Source: Chlorokybus atmophyticus (taxonomy: Eukaryota > Plantae > Mesostigma and Chlorokybus algae). Taken from it: 64,000 nucleotides of DNA. The stretch is from assembly GCA_009103225.1 (NCBI GenBank), contig RHPI01002262.1, forward strand, positions 350,317 through 414,316, in the 5' to 3' direction. The first letter of the stretch is position 1; every line of letters begins with the position of its first letter. Of the stretch, positions 47,151-58,579 are shown in pieces. A model generated the notes under the pieces. The model saw nothing but the letters and a program-made list of their open reading frames with translations. It ran no database searches and was not told the DNA's origin. A program made the translations under genes and the position numbers.

Positions 47151-48567
47151 TGTTACACAGTTCTTTGCATGAGCAGAAAATGTGTTGCACTGTGAAGTGA
47201 GGTGGATGAGCAAGCAACGCGTGGAGACTATGCCCTGACTGATGCCAACAAACACACTGCAACCAGGCACACCAAGCTCGCAGCAATGACGAGCACGATG
47301 CACACACGAGCATGCACAGGCTCTCACACAGTGAGGGGGTTCTTGGTAATCCGGATGGCGTGTTTGCAGTTCAAGTCGTTTCACAAGCGCTTAGCTTTCT
47401 CACTCACAGTGTCACCAGCTGATCCGGTGAACACTGTGACTACTTATGCAAGTCAAATCATGACTGTTTAGAACATAAGCTAACGATCATATAAAGGCTA
47501 TTTTCACAGCGATTGTCACTCAATGTAGAACGCAACTTATAACTGAACTCACAACTGAACGGCTACGCGCGGTGCCTATGTAGGCTATGGTCGTGAGCTA
47601 CTCCGGAGTCATGACTTAGCTACTGGTTAGCGACGCACGTGCGCCAGTATACTGGTAGGCCGGGCGATGGTTTCAATGCAGGCATGCTTGATGAAGGCTG
47701 GTATGCGCGGGCAATAGGCATGACAACTAGCATGCGAGGGTAATTTGCAGGACAGCTGTCGTGCCTGCCATGGTCGAGGGTCACGCCGACCTAGGCACAC
47801 TGCAGACGAGCGCCCATGCCGGGGACATGCTGGTGCCATAGTTACAAAGTACGCTGTACGCGTATTAGTACGTGGTATGCAAAGTATGCGTGTTTTTACG
47901 TACTTTTTCCACAGCATGTCGGCGAGTACGTTTTGCATATCTTATACATACGTATTATTGATACATTATGGTAATGTATGTGATGCGTTATGTGTGCTAA
48001 CAAGTGATGGGCAACTCATTGTACATTATAATCATCACACAGTGTTTGATTCCACCAAAGATATGATGTAATCAAAGTCATTATCAATGGTAATACTTTT
48101 GCATAACATGTTACAATATAACATCATCATAACACTTTTTAAAAGATGCTTTATTACTTGCAATGCCGATAGGTGAGGTGGGTCGCACGGCGCTGCCGCG
48201 ACCTACCCGCCGCGTGACAGGTGGCGCGCGCGGCACGTCACCAAAGGACATTTGCTGCGCTATCCGCGGTCATTTTTGAAGAATGACCTATTGTAGCCCA
48301 ATAACGTACAACTTCACGTACTTTCATTGTATTATCAAAACAGCTTGATATACGCGTACTATTGCGTATTCTTTTGCTAAAAGTCGCGTACTTTGTTACT
48401 ATGGCTGGTGCTACGTGCAGCATTTGAGCAACACAAACAAATACCCCCCCCCCCCCCAGGCATAGGCATATGCTCAGGGATGAACCTATGTGAGGATCTG
48501 ATCAGTAGTAGAGTTGGTGACGCTCTCCTCCTTACTGTACCTACTGTGCTGTAGTACACAGTTGACA
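47151..48567 (-). repeat. Upstream LTR of the DNMT-Gypsy (~840 bp after removing the MITE); also the downstream LTR of the 53.6-54.8 kb copy
   Basis: Homologous segments match 20.62-21.73 kb. TG...CA ends. The PPT is restored at its right end once the Copia at 48572-53566 is removed. Confidence 0.65.
47837..48403. mobile_element. MITE, 567 bp, 18-bp TIRs, 8-bp TSD GCTGGTGC (P-element-like or hAT-like)
   Basis: TIRs CATAGTTACAAAGTACGC / GCGTACTTTGTTACTATG match at 17/18. TSD at 47829-47836 and 48404-48411. An empty-site paralog lies near 20710-20740. Confidence 0.88.
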
Positions 48568-48571
48568 AGCC

Positions 48572-51500
48572 TATTGTGGGGAAGCTCGTGGACACATGCA
48601 GCAGGGCAGGGCATGACACATACAACACAACAGCCGCCAAGGCTTGGGCTAAAAGCAATCACTATTCCATTCAAGCAAGTGTAGTCCGCTAGCTTATATA
48701 CTTAGCCAGACTACACACCTCTACTCTAGAAGATTCTGCGCCTTCTACAAGCGTCCTATCGAGGTGCTCTAAGTTGCTCCACCTAGCCAGCTTCAAGACC
48801 TTTCCAACAAGCTATGCCACGTTCCTTGCAACTAAGCCACGAAGTTCTGCAACTTCTACCGAAGCTCTGGCCTGTCGCCAGACTCTTCCAGATGCTCCCA
48901 AGTCCGGAGTCTTCAAGTGTCCGCCAGCAGTCTGTACCGATATCAAGCTCTAGACTCACAACTGCTCGATATCAGTCCTCGTATTGCAAGTGCGACGTGC
49001 ACAAGGACTTAGCCATTTCTAACACTCAATGCCTTAGTCTATGGGAGTCAGGCTGACTGGATGTCGTCCGTCAACACTCCCATGCAGGCAGCTTGACTCA
49101 AGCTCCTGCTCAGACACAAATTCCAAGACCAACACAACATGCCTTGAACTTCACCGGTGACAATGGCTTGGTCATAAAGTCTGCGAGCATGTCTTCACTG
49201 TTGCAGTATTGAAAGGCAATCTCCTTCCTGGTGACTCTGTCTCGCACAAAATGATGCATAACATCAATGTGCTTCGTGCGTGAAGACGCAATGGGGTGCT
49301 TCAGCAACTTGATGGCGCCCTGATTATAGCAGTTGATCATGATGCATGCCATGGGATGCTCAAAATCTGCCATCAGCTTGTGAAGCCACAATGCCTCCTT
49401 CACTGCTGCTGCTACTGCCATGTACTCCGCCTCAGATGTGGATGCCGCCGTCGTTGGCTGTAGCCTGCTGTTCCAGCTCACAACTCCTCCGTTGAGCATG
49501 AACACATAGCCCGTAGTAGACCTTCGGCTATTAAGGTCCCCAGCAAAGTCAGAGTCGCAATATCCCATCAACTCCATATTACCGCGACCAAAGTTGATGC
49601 CAACAGGAGCGCTCCCAGCCACATAGCGTAGCACTGCCTTTGCAGCCTTCCAGTGCTCAAGCGATGGTGCAGACATGTAGCGAGCAAGAACTCCAACAGC
49701 ATGTGCAATATCCGGCCGTGTGCACACTGCCAAGTAGAGCATGCTGCCTACAAGCTCACCGTATGGATATTGAGCCTTGTTGAGTACCTCCCCGTCCTTT
49801 GCCTTGATGAGGCTTGTACCAACCGCCAGAGGTGTAGACTTGGTCTTTGCCTCAATCATCCCAAACTTGGCTGTGAGTCTTTTCACCATCTGCTCCTGGC
49901 TGATCTTAATTGTACGCGCAGCCTGTCCCTCTCGATCACCATGCCAAGGAACCACTTGGCCTCCCCGAGATCACGAACAGAAAATGCTTGCTGCAGCGCT
50001 AGCTTTGTTTCTTGCAGGTTCTCCACCCGCCTGGCAGTGACGATGATGTCGTCCACATACACGAGTAACCACACCTTTTTCTCATCATGGAAGAAGAGCC
50101 CCGGATCAGCAGTAGATGCCTTGAAGCCTTGTGACTCAAGCTCTTCAGTCAACTTGACGTGCCACATACGGGGTGCTTGTCGTAGCCCATATAACGCCTT
50201 AATCAGCTTGCAGGCCGTACCGCGCATGCCTTCTTCATAGCCAGGTGGTTGCTCAATGTAGATCTCCTCCTCCAGCTCTCCGTAGAGGAATGCAGTCTTC
50301 ACATCGAGGTGATGCATCTCTAGATCCTCCGCAGTAACCATAGCCAACAATGCCCGAAAGGTGACATGCTTACTTGCAGGCTCGAAGACTTCAATAAAGT
50401 CCACTCCCTCTTGCTGCATAAAGCCCTTTGCCACCTTGCTTTGTATCGCTCGATGTTGCCTTGACCATCACGCTTCACCTTGAAGACCCATTTAACAGGG
50501 ATAGCTTTCGCACCTGCAGGAAGCTTCTCCACCACCCAAGTGTTGTTGGCATGGGGTGACGCAATCTCCTCGTCCATTTCTCGCTGCCATTGCTCTGCAT
50601 CTGGTGCCCGCAATGCCTCCAAGTAGGTGCTTGGCTCTTCACTGTCCTCATGCACTTTTGCTGCAAGTGCCTTGTGGAAGAAGTCTGGCTCGTTTCTCTC
50701 CCTCTCAGGATACCTCCGAGATGACTGATGCTGATGCCGCTCTTCATTGCTAGCCATAGCCAAGTCCTTCTCCTTCGCACCCATGTCGATGACAGCCGCG
50801 CTTCTTTGAGTCTCCACACACTTAAAAGACTCTTGCGCCTGTGCTTCATCTTCATCTTTGGGATAGAAACCCGCTTCTCTCTGTGATGAACCCTCGTGGA
50901 ACACCACATCTCTGCTTACAATGACCTTTTGCTCTTTCTCCAGCATGATCCAGTATATAAAGGCTTACGTAAGCCTTGGAACCCGGCTCATAGCCAACAA
51001 AAACGCCTTTCTGGCTAACTGGCTCCAATTTGTGCCTTAAAGCTTTGGGCACCAGTGCATATGCTATGCACCCGAACACACGCATGCCACTCACATCTGG
51101 TGCAGTGCCGTAGAAGAGCTCCCACGGTGTCTTCTGCTCAGAACTCACAGGTGACCGATTGCGTATATAGTTGGCGGTAAGGACAGCTTCACTCCACAAA
51201 CTGTCTTCCAGCTAATTGTCGTTGAGCATGGCTCGTACTCGCTCCATCAGGGTCCGGTTCAGACGCTCAGCAGCTCCATTCTGCTGCGGGGTGTAGGGTG
51301 CCGTTGTCTCGTGGCGTATGCCTTTGCTGGCGAAGTACTCCTTCAACTCGTTATTGATGTACTCCCCTCCTCGATCACTCCGCATTGCTTTCACCTTCTT
51401 GCCACCTTGTGTCTCTAGCAATGCCACGACCGTACGCACAGCTCCAGCAACTTCAGACTTCACCTTTAATGGGAAGATGATGGAAAGCTTGCTGTAGTTG

Positions 51501-53566
51501 TCGAGGAATGTCGCAAAGTACCTTACCCCTCCCTTCGCCACAACGCGCATAGGCTCGCAAACATCCATATGCACAAGCTCTCCAGGATGCTGACTATGCG
51601 ATGAAGATGACGGGAAAGGCACATGCGATGCTGCTTCGCCAACACACATGGTTCACAGTGCACACCTGATGCGGTTTCAAAGTCTTCTTTCTTCAGGTTG
51701 ATGCCAACAACCATGTCTTTTGAGACCAACCGAGTGAGATTGCCGTAGCCCAAGTGCCCGAACCTTCTATGCCAGAGCTCCGCAGTCTCTTTCTCCTTCA
51801 CCACCAAGGCTTGCATATGACAAGGTTGTCGTACCAGGTAGAGCCCTCCATGCTTAGCGCCCTCCATGCACACGACCCCATCCAGCTTCACTTCACAACG
51901 TCCATTCCTGAACATGACCTCAGCTCCCACGCGCTCAGCAGTCGCTACACTAAATAGACTCGCAGCAGCACCAGGAACGTGCAACACCTCCCTACAAGAC
52001 CTTATGAACAGTGTCACCGACCTGGGTATGAAGCTTCACGCTCCCAACCCCAATGCCCTCCAGCACATGACCATTGAAGCCCTCCACTTTTACAGGATGA
52101 GTCAGCTTCGTGTAGTCCTCCAACAGCTCCACATGTGGCGTGAGATGCCTCTTGCATCCAGAGTCGATCACCCAACTTCCATGGTGTCTTCCCCCAATGA
52201 TGCAGCAAATGCAAACGCCTTCTCTTTGCCGCTGGTGCTTGCGCCTCCATCTTGATAACGCTTGGGACAATTTCTGCTGATGTGTCCAACCACTCCACAG
52301 GTATGACATCTCAGCTTGGCATGTCGTTTACCAGTACTGCTTCCAGTTTTGTTGTCACGGTTGCCAGTCCGTAGCTGCTTGTCGTGTCCTCCAGGCCTTC
52401 TATACTTGTTGTAGAAAACCACAGCATCTGCATGGTCGTCCTTCTTTGTTGTCTTCTGCTCTACGGTGAGTAGCTTGGGCAGCACGTCGTCCAGGGTAAG
52501 AACCGATGACGATGTCTCCAGTAGAGTAGTGACAACCTCATACTCAGATGGTAGCCCGTTCAGCACAGCCAGCACAACGTCCTCCTCCTCCATCAGCTTC
52601 CTTCTTGATGGAGTTCAGCTGCTTCTTCAGTGACAGCTTCCTTGCGTTGTTCTTGGCTTGAAACACGGACTCAAGTTTCTCCCAAGCTTGTTTACCATCC
52701 TCACATGCAGATAGCATGGGAAAGTGATACGACTTGCAGTTCAACACAATCAAGGCAAGTCCCTGTTGCGAGCTCTCAAGCCATACAGACCTCTCTCCAA
52801 CAGGTGGTGGTGTCGCCTTCGGATCCACATGCTTCCATAGCCTCTTGTGTATCAGCAAGGCCTTCATCTCCACACACCAGGTACTGTAGTTGTCAGTGTC
52901 CAGCTTTGCAATCTGCCCCTTGTCGTAGCTAGACTCCATCTTGGTTGAACGCGCCTCTCTCCAGCCAGTCAACACCCAAGACTATGCTACCAGTTAGCTA
53001 CCTGTGTACCACGCTTTCACTAACTCGCACTCCTCACGCGTAGAGTGGGCCCATAACCTATTGTGGGGAAGCTAGTGGACACATGCAGCAGGGCAGGGCA
53101 TAACACATACAACACAACAGCCGCCAAGGCTTGGGCTAAAAGCAATCACTATTCCATTCAAGCAAGTGTAGTCCGCTAGCTTATATACTTAGCCAGACTA
53201 CACACCTCTACTCTAGAAGATTCTGCGCCTTCTACAAGCGTCTTATCGAGGTGCTCTAAGTTGCTCCACCTAGCCAGCTTCAAGACCTTTCCAACAAGCT
53301 ATGCCACGTTCCTTGCAACTAAGTAGCCACAAAGTTCTGCAACTTCTACCGAAGCTCTGGCCTGTCGCCAGACTCTTCCAGATGCTCCCAAGTCCGGAGT
53401 CTTCGAGTGTCCGCCAGCAGTCTGTACCGATATCGAGCTCTAGACTCACAACTGCTCGATATCAGTCCTCGTATTGCAAGTGCGACGTGCACAAGGACTT
53501 TGCCATTTCTAACACTCAATGCCTTAGTCTATGGGAGTCAGGCTGACTGGATGTCGTCCGTCAACA
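48572..53566 (-). mobile_element. Ty1/Copia element, full length but frameshifted; LTRs 48572-49076 and 53059-53566; TSD AAGCC
   Basis: gag MESSYDKGQIAKLD, CHTCGVVGHISRNC, WVIDSGC, integrase RSDRGGE, RT LLVYVDD, RNase H YCDSDFAG. PBS at 53046-53058. AAGCC at 48567-48571 and 53567-53571. Confidence 0.93.
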
Positions 53567-53571
53567 AAGCC

Positions 53572-54762
53572 ACCCCCCGAGGTTCTGGGGTAGCCTCCTG
53601 CTTCAGGACTGAGCTTTTACCGATTGTGTGAGAGACTGTTGATGCGGCAGTTATCGCACCAATACTCCCACAGCGGCACCTTGTCCAATGGAGGGTTAAG
53701 GCAGTAACATTGCATGCCTTAGTTGCAGCCTTTGCATAACAGCATCACCGGGTCGTCGTTGGCACTGCCACATTTTTTGTAGCGGGTGCTTCGCAGCAGT
53801 CGCGGATGCTGGATCTTGTCGAAGCCAGCAACGTGGGGAAGATATTTGAGCGCGCAGTTCACCATGTTGTCCATCATGCGCTCGCCTTGTTGTCCCAGAA
53901 GGTCTGGTACCCCTGTGGGATACACCTTCAATACCTTATAGACAGCGAACCCGACGGAGGTGTCGAGGGTGTCGTGGGTGGTCGCCATGCGATAGATGAA
54001 GTCTCTTGGCTGGAAGCGGCATTCTCGCTACTTGTAGAAACCGCTCCGCACCCGCTCGTAGCGAAGCGTGTCGCGGTGTGTTGAGCAATGCGCAGGTTGT
54101 TGAAGGCCATGGGGACAGTGTGCTCGAATAGCGCGCTGCGCACTGTCATATTATGCATCATCTCGTTGGGGTTGTCGAGGTTGTCCACCACTCTGTCAAC
54201 CTCCTGCTGTGCGTGGAAAGGGAGCAATGGCTGCCTTTCAAACAGCAAATAGTATGGGCTGTACTCCCGCAGTGCTGCCTGCTTGGACAGCCGGTATCCC
54301 AGAGCTACCCATGGGAGGTGGTCATCCCACGTGCTCTTCTCGTAGTCGAAGTAGTATTTGCGCAAAGCCTTCTTGATGGTTTGCACGGTACGCTCAGCGA
54401 GACTATCGGCTTGAGGATGGTTGCGTGTGCGGCGATGGTCGATGAAGCATCTGTCCATGAGCTTGTCGAAGGCTCTTGTGAACTCCGTACCTTGGGCGGT
54501 GATGACTTCAGCACAGCTGCCGAAGCGTCCGAGTACATGGGAGAGGAAAGCCTGGGCTACTCCCTCGCTGCTCTTGTCGAGCAAAGGCATCAGCTCCAAC
54601 CACTTGGAGACGTCCTTGATCATGACGAGGATGTAGCGGTTGCCTCGTGCGGAAGGCGATAGTCCCGAGCATGTCCAGTCCCCAGCGGTAGACCAGTCCC
54701 GAGATGGGCAGGGGTGCAAGGTGGCATTGCGCGTGTTGAAGCTCCCGCGGACCATGTCACAA
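53572..54762 (-). pseudogene. Second Gypsy integrase-PHD fragment (same family as 21.8-23.1 kb), 5'-truncated
   Basis: SARGNRYILVMIK...HPQADSLAERTVQTIKKALRKY; degenerate PHD KCGSANDDPVMLLCKGCN*GMQCYCLNPPLDKVPLWEYWCDNC; PPT GGGGGGTGGCT. Confidence 0.88.
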
Positions 54763-57700
54763 AAAAGCAGTTCCAGGCGTGTCCAGCTTAGGCGTGATCC
54801 GAATGCTTTAAGGAAAGACTCAAATAAGCCTGTTACCAAGTACTTTGCAAGGGCAAGAGAGCTTCAGAAGGACCTTTTAAGCGTGGGCTGCCAGTTGCAG
54901 GGAGCTGAGCTTGTTTGGGCTATATTTTCTAGACTTCCAGACCTGCCAGAGTTTGACACCTTGATTACGGTGTTAGAAGGTCTTGACATTGATCCTACGT
55001 TGGATGAGGTGATGCCAAGGCTACTTCAAGTTGAGCGAAGGCTCAAGAAGAAGGAGGAGGCTTCAGATGCAGTCGCTTTTGCTGTTTACAAGCATGGTTA
55101 AAGCTCCAGACCCAGTTTAGGGGCTGGTTCTTCAGGCCAGAGCGGTTCTTCAGGGCAGGCGGTCACAAAAAGAAGAAACGCAAGTGCAGCTATTGTGGCA
55201 AGCTTGGGCATGATGTGGAGAAATGTTGGAAGAAGCATGGCAAGCCAGGAGAGGGGCAAAACAAGGAGAAACCCGTGGCTTTCACTACCAGTGCTTCAAT
55301 CCCTGTTCAGACCTGGGCTTTAGACTCGGGGGCTACTTCTCATATGACTGCTGACAGGTCTGCCTTTGTCACCTTCCAGACCCTGGACAAGCCCATGTTC
55401 GTGGGGTGCGCATTGAAGGGAAGCGTGATGGCTGCTTCTAGTCGGGGCAATGTCATCCTTGATTGCCAAGTTGAGGGGTCAACAAGGCAAGTCTAGCTCA
55501 AGGATTTTTTTTTTTGTGCTCGAGGTTGCTGCAAGTCTTCTCTCGGTCAAGGCTGCTGCTCGTGCTGGTGCTAAGATTGAGAGAATGTCTGCTCAGCTTT
55601 GACATAGGAGGTTTGGGCATTTACACTTTAATAATCTAGCGCGCTTGGTGAAGGAAGACATGGTGGAAGGGAGCAACCTCAGTTCTGAAGACTTCCAGGC
55701 TAAGAAAAGGTGTCCTATGCAGTCCTTGTGTCCCAGGAAAGCAGACCAGACCGCCTTTTCCTACCTCTTCTCACGTCAGTACGCGTTGCTTGGAGCTGGT
55801 CCATACGGATGTGTGCGGTCCCATGCCGGTGACATCTAAGGGCGGGAGCTTCAAATACTTTGTCACTTTCTTGGCCCCAAAAAGTCCGACTTTCTTATAC
55901 TATCATGGCTATCATAGTAAAGTCATCTAGGATGACTTCGGTAAATTGTCCGTGGTCGTGCCCTTAGCCTTGAAGTCAGATGCAGCTAAGACAGTTTTAG
56001 AGGTTTTTAAGCTTATAGAGACCCAGACAGGTCTGAAGGTTGCTGCAGTGCGCTTAGACCGTGGTGGGGAATTTGTCAACACTCTGCTGATGGACTATTA
56101 CGCCAAGAGAGGGATTAGGCATGAGATTACAGCACCCTACACTCCGGAGCAGAACGGGAAGGCGGAGAGGCTTAATCGCACGCTCTTGGAGAAGGTTCGG
56201 GCCATGTTGACTGATGCCAACATGGAGGACTGCATGTGGACGGACGCGTCGCTGGCTGCAAACTTTGTGCGCAACCGTTCCCCCGTGCGTTCTGAAGCCA
56301 AGACTCCGTGGGAGCTCTTCACGGGCGTAAGGCCTAATGTGAGCATGCTGAGGGTCTTTGGTTCTACTGCCTTTGTCCACGTACTCAAGCAGCAACGACA
56401 CAAGCTGGACAAAGTTAACCGGCGCGGCGTGTTCGTGGGGTATGAGACTGGTTTCCAGGCGCGGAGGGTCTTGCTGGATGACACTATGAAGGTTGTGGTG
56501 AGTCGTGACGTGACTTTTGCTGAGGGAGGAGTAGGAGCTGGAGTTTTAAGCGTTGACAACACCGTAGATGGCGCTGAGCCTTCGGGACCGAGTTTAGACC
56601 AGGTTCCTGGCAGTGTTTCAGACCAGGTCTTAAGGTCTTCAAGCCAGTTTTCTCCAGCCCAAAGTAACAAAAGCACTTCAGCTCCTGTCACCACAAAAGA
56701 CCAACACCAGCACTAAAAGTCTCAAGAGCAGGGGAGGAGGTGTCCTTTGCGTGAGAGGCGGGAGCCGAAAAGATTGATCAACTAAGCCATGGCTGCATCG
56801 GAGGCACTTAGGGCTTCAAGGAGCCTAGCACCTATGAGAAGGCACTTGCAGGTGCTGATGCAAATCTCTGAAAAAAGGCAATTGATGAGGAGATTGCTTC
56901 TTCGGAGGCTGAAGACTCTCGTCCCGGCTGACATTAGACCCATCTCGGTCAAGTGGGTTTACAAAATCAAGAAGGATGGGCAAGGTAACATTGAGCGCTA
57001 CAAGGTGAGGCTTGCCGCGAAGGGCTTTCTCCAGCAAGAGGGCATTAACTTTAATGAGGTCTTTGCTCCAGCTAGCAAGCACACACCATTTCGCACCATG
57101 CTGGCATTGGTGGTTGCTCAAGACCTAGAGCTGCACCGTCTTGATGTTAAGACCGCGTTCCTCCACGGCGAGCTCGAAGAGGACATGTTTATGCAACAAC
57201 CCAAGGGCTACCATGAGGGAGGTCCAGATGTGGCATGCAAGTTGTGAAGGCCTTGTATGGTCTTAAGCAAGCGCTCAGGGTTTGGCACATCCGCTTAAGC
57301 AAGGAGCTTGAGCTGCTGGGTTTTAGCCCCAGTACTTCAGACCCATAATTCTTTATCCATGGAGAGCTACACATTCTGTATGAAGGTGGAGTCATCGGAT
57401 GGAGCAGCAAGCTTCAGCCCACTGTCGCAGTGTCTACTGCAGAGTCGGAGTACATGGCTGCATCCTAGACAGTCAAGGAGGGGCTTTGGTTGCGCAAGCT
57501 GGTTGCAGACCTGGGTCTAGACCAGATTGTCGTTCCCGTGCACTGCGACAATCAAGGGGCTATTCGGCTCCTGAAGCACCCCATTGCTTCTAGTTGAGTC
57601 TAAGCATATTGATGTCATGCATCACTTTGTGCGGGAGCATGTGGCGCGTGGAGAGGTGGAGTTCATCTACTACAAGACCGAAAACATGCTTGCAGACTTT

Positions 57701-57921
57701 ATGACGAAGGTTTTGACCCCTGCCAAGTTTAATACCTGCTGCATGGGTTTAGGCATCTACTAAGCTGCCTGCGTGGGAGTGTTGGAGTTTAGGACCAGGT
57801 TTAGCCGTCCTTAGACTTCAGTCAGCTCGGTCTAGCTAAGGACCCCTGACTTTGTACTTAGTAGACTCCAGACCTGACCGTTTCGTTGGAAACCGTCAGT
57901 CCTAACAGTTTAGACCGTTTA
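54763..57921 (+). mobile_element. Degenerate 5'-truncated Ty1/Copia; 3' LTR starts at 57780 and is interrupted by the chromovirus
   Basis: gag PVTKYFARAREL, CSYCGKLGHDVEKC, WALDSGATSH, integrase RLDRGGE...AERLNRTL, partial RT, PPT GCGTGGGAG followed by TGTTGG. Confidence 0.88.
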
Positions 57922-58579
57922 TGTAACGATGCTCGTGCTCACATACACAGCACACAAGTCATACAACACATGTGTGCAGCTGAGCACAATCTTCACACCG
58001 GAACCTTGCCTTCACTCGCGCACGCACGCACGCGTCGAGCGCGCCCACGCACACGAACACTACTTCTCACGCCAAGCAAGAACGCAGCAGTGTGCCTTGG
58101 ACCACAACTCCCTCAAGCATGCACCAGCATACTCACAGCAGAGAGCAGAAAACAAAGTTGGTTGCCTTACACAGGTTTTTTCTATTTATACAAGCACTAG
58201 GAAGAAATAGCCTAATTAACAGGCATTTCATTATTCACTACCAAAACTAAAGGCAGGTCCAAGTGCAGGCTCCCCGCCACGCGCGTTGGGCCTTCGGCGG
58301 CTGTGTGACTGTGCAGTCCGCGTCACCTGGCACTGCACAGCGCATGTCCAGTCAGCGGCTGTGTCACAACCGCGTGGCAGGTGGGTCACGTCGCCGATTA
58401 GCTGCTGTCGAGCAGGTCGCAGGCGAGTCGCGCGCGGCAGCAGGGGCAGGCGCCACATGGGCTTAATAAAGCTCATAAAAGCCCTCATCAAGCCAGCAAA
58501 AAAGGCAAAATAAGTACTTTATGTACAATAAAATACAAAAAATGCCCCAGGCTGTTACACCCCTTCCCCCCCGGGGGAG

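Larger units (their letters stand above)
20896..48567 (-). mobile_element. Degenerate Ty3/Gypsy element: gag(CCHC x2)-protease-DNMT-RT-RNaseH-integrase-PHD, interrupted by nested insertions
   Basis: Domains lie in colinear order on the minus strand. Frames or homology resume across the TSD-bounded insertions (TTATG, TGTCC, GGTCT, TTTTG/TTCTG). Related ~840-bp TG...CA LTRs at 20896-21729 and 47151-48567. PPT GGGGGGTGGCT next to 21729. Confidence 0.75.
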
